Assembly (NCBI GenBank): GCA_002633005.1
Contig: NMRA01000216.1
Coordinates: 530,441-594,440 of the forward strand
Length of the DNA: 64,000 nucleotides
From: Phoronis australis
Taxonomy: Eukaryota; Animalia; Phoronida
Direction: 5' to 3'
The notes beneath the pieces are model-generated. The model saw nothing but the letters and a program-made list of their open reading frames with translations, did not search any database and was not told the DNA's origin. The position numbers and the translations under genes are program-made. Positions 63,366 to 64,000 of the stretch are shown piece after piece. Every line of letters begins with the position of its first letter. Position 1 is the first letter of the stretch.

Positions 63366-64000
63366 TAAAAATATTTATTTTAACTCCATAGAAGTATATA
63401 TTTTTTGAAAATACAAAGCCTGTAGAATTTGATTTCTGACTTTTTACCATTCTGTTACCAATTGGTCATGCAACCATGTCTTTTATCAGTAAAATTTAGA
63501 AAAAAAGAAATCAAGGCACCTTGATAGCAAAAGAGCAGTACCAATAACAAGATCAAATTTTATTTGATATAAATGTTCAAAATGAGATCTCAAAAACAAA
63601 GCACTGTTCTAATACATCAGTCATTTCATTTCCATTTTATGTCAATCGTAAAAGTCCTATTTTTGGTAGCCCCTCATACGAAAGTTGATTATTTTAAAAA
63701 AAATTCCTAAAGGCATTTTGGAAAACAATGCATAAAGCACAGTACCTGAAAGTTTAAGATATATCCAACCAGTCGTTTCTGAGATATGATGTTCCGAAGT
63801 TGGCCAAATTTGGACATATTTCTAGGGTCCTAAATAACCTTAACCGAAGTTGATTTCATTGCTGGCAATCATTGACATTATAATGAGTCAGTCTCGCTTA
63901 CAAAATTACTTGTCAGAAATTATTGGAAGCTGTAAAAGGTGCAGCAAGCACAACATAACTGAAGTTCGAAAACTGACTTCGCTTAAATCGATCAGAACCA

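Overview
AT-rich eukaryotic genomic DNA from an invertebrate bilaterian. The zinc-finger sequence looks protostome-type; a lophotrochozoan source is my inference. There is no prokaryotic operon, CRISPR array, rRNA or tRNA. The window is dominated by one complete + strand gene, the Prdm3/16 orthologue (MECOM/EVI1-PRDM16, hamlet, egl-43 family). I built it by hand from 7 coding exons: 5734-5770, 30234-30508, 49266-49400, 52221-52341, 54771-54939, 55612-55663 and 56157-57926. All introns have GT..AG ends with compatible phases, giving 2559 nt and 852 aa: a PR/SET domain, 5+3 zinc fingers and a PLDLS CtBP motif. Three exons (1, 4, 6) are missing from the supplied ORF track. The last exon of a convergent NUDT8-like Nudix hydrolase lies at 62728-62994 (-). 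The rest is intron or intergenic DNA with minisatellites, two copies of a MITE-like element and small transposon relics. I found no wholly new system. The best leads are regulatory: (i) a candidate internal promoter and ATG-ending first exon in intron 2 that would give a PR-truncated, EVI1-like isoform; (ii) a 3'UTR rich in seeds for ancient miRNAs, including a miR-133 8mer, the known regulator of mammalian Prdm16; (iii) a cluster of Su(H)/CSL sites upstream of that internal promoter; (iv) apparent loss of zinc fingers 2-3 and of all 3' introns. All regulatory calls are motif-level inferences that need data.
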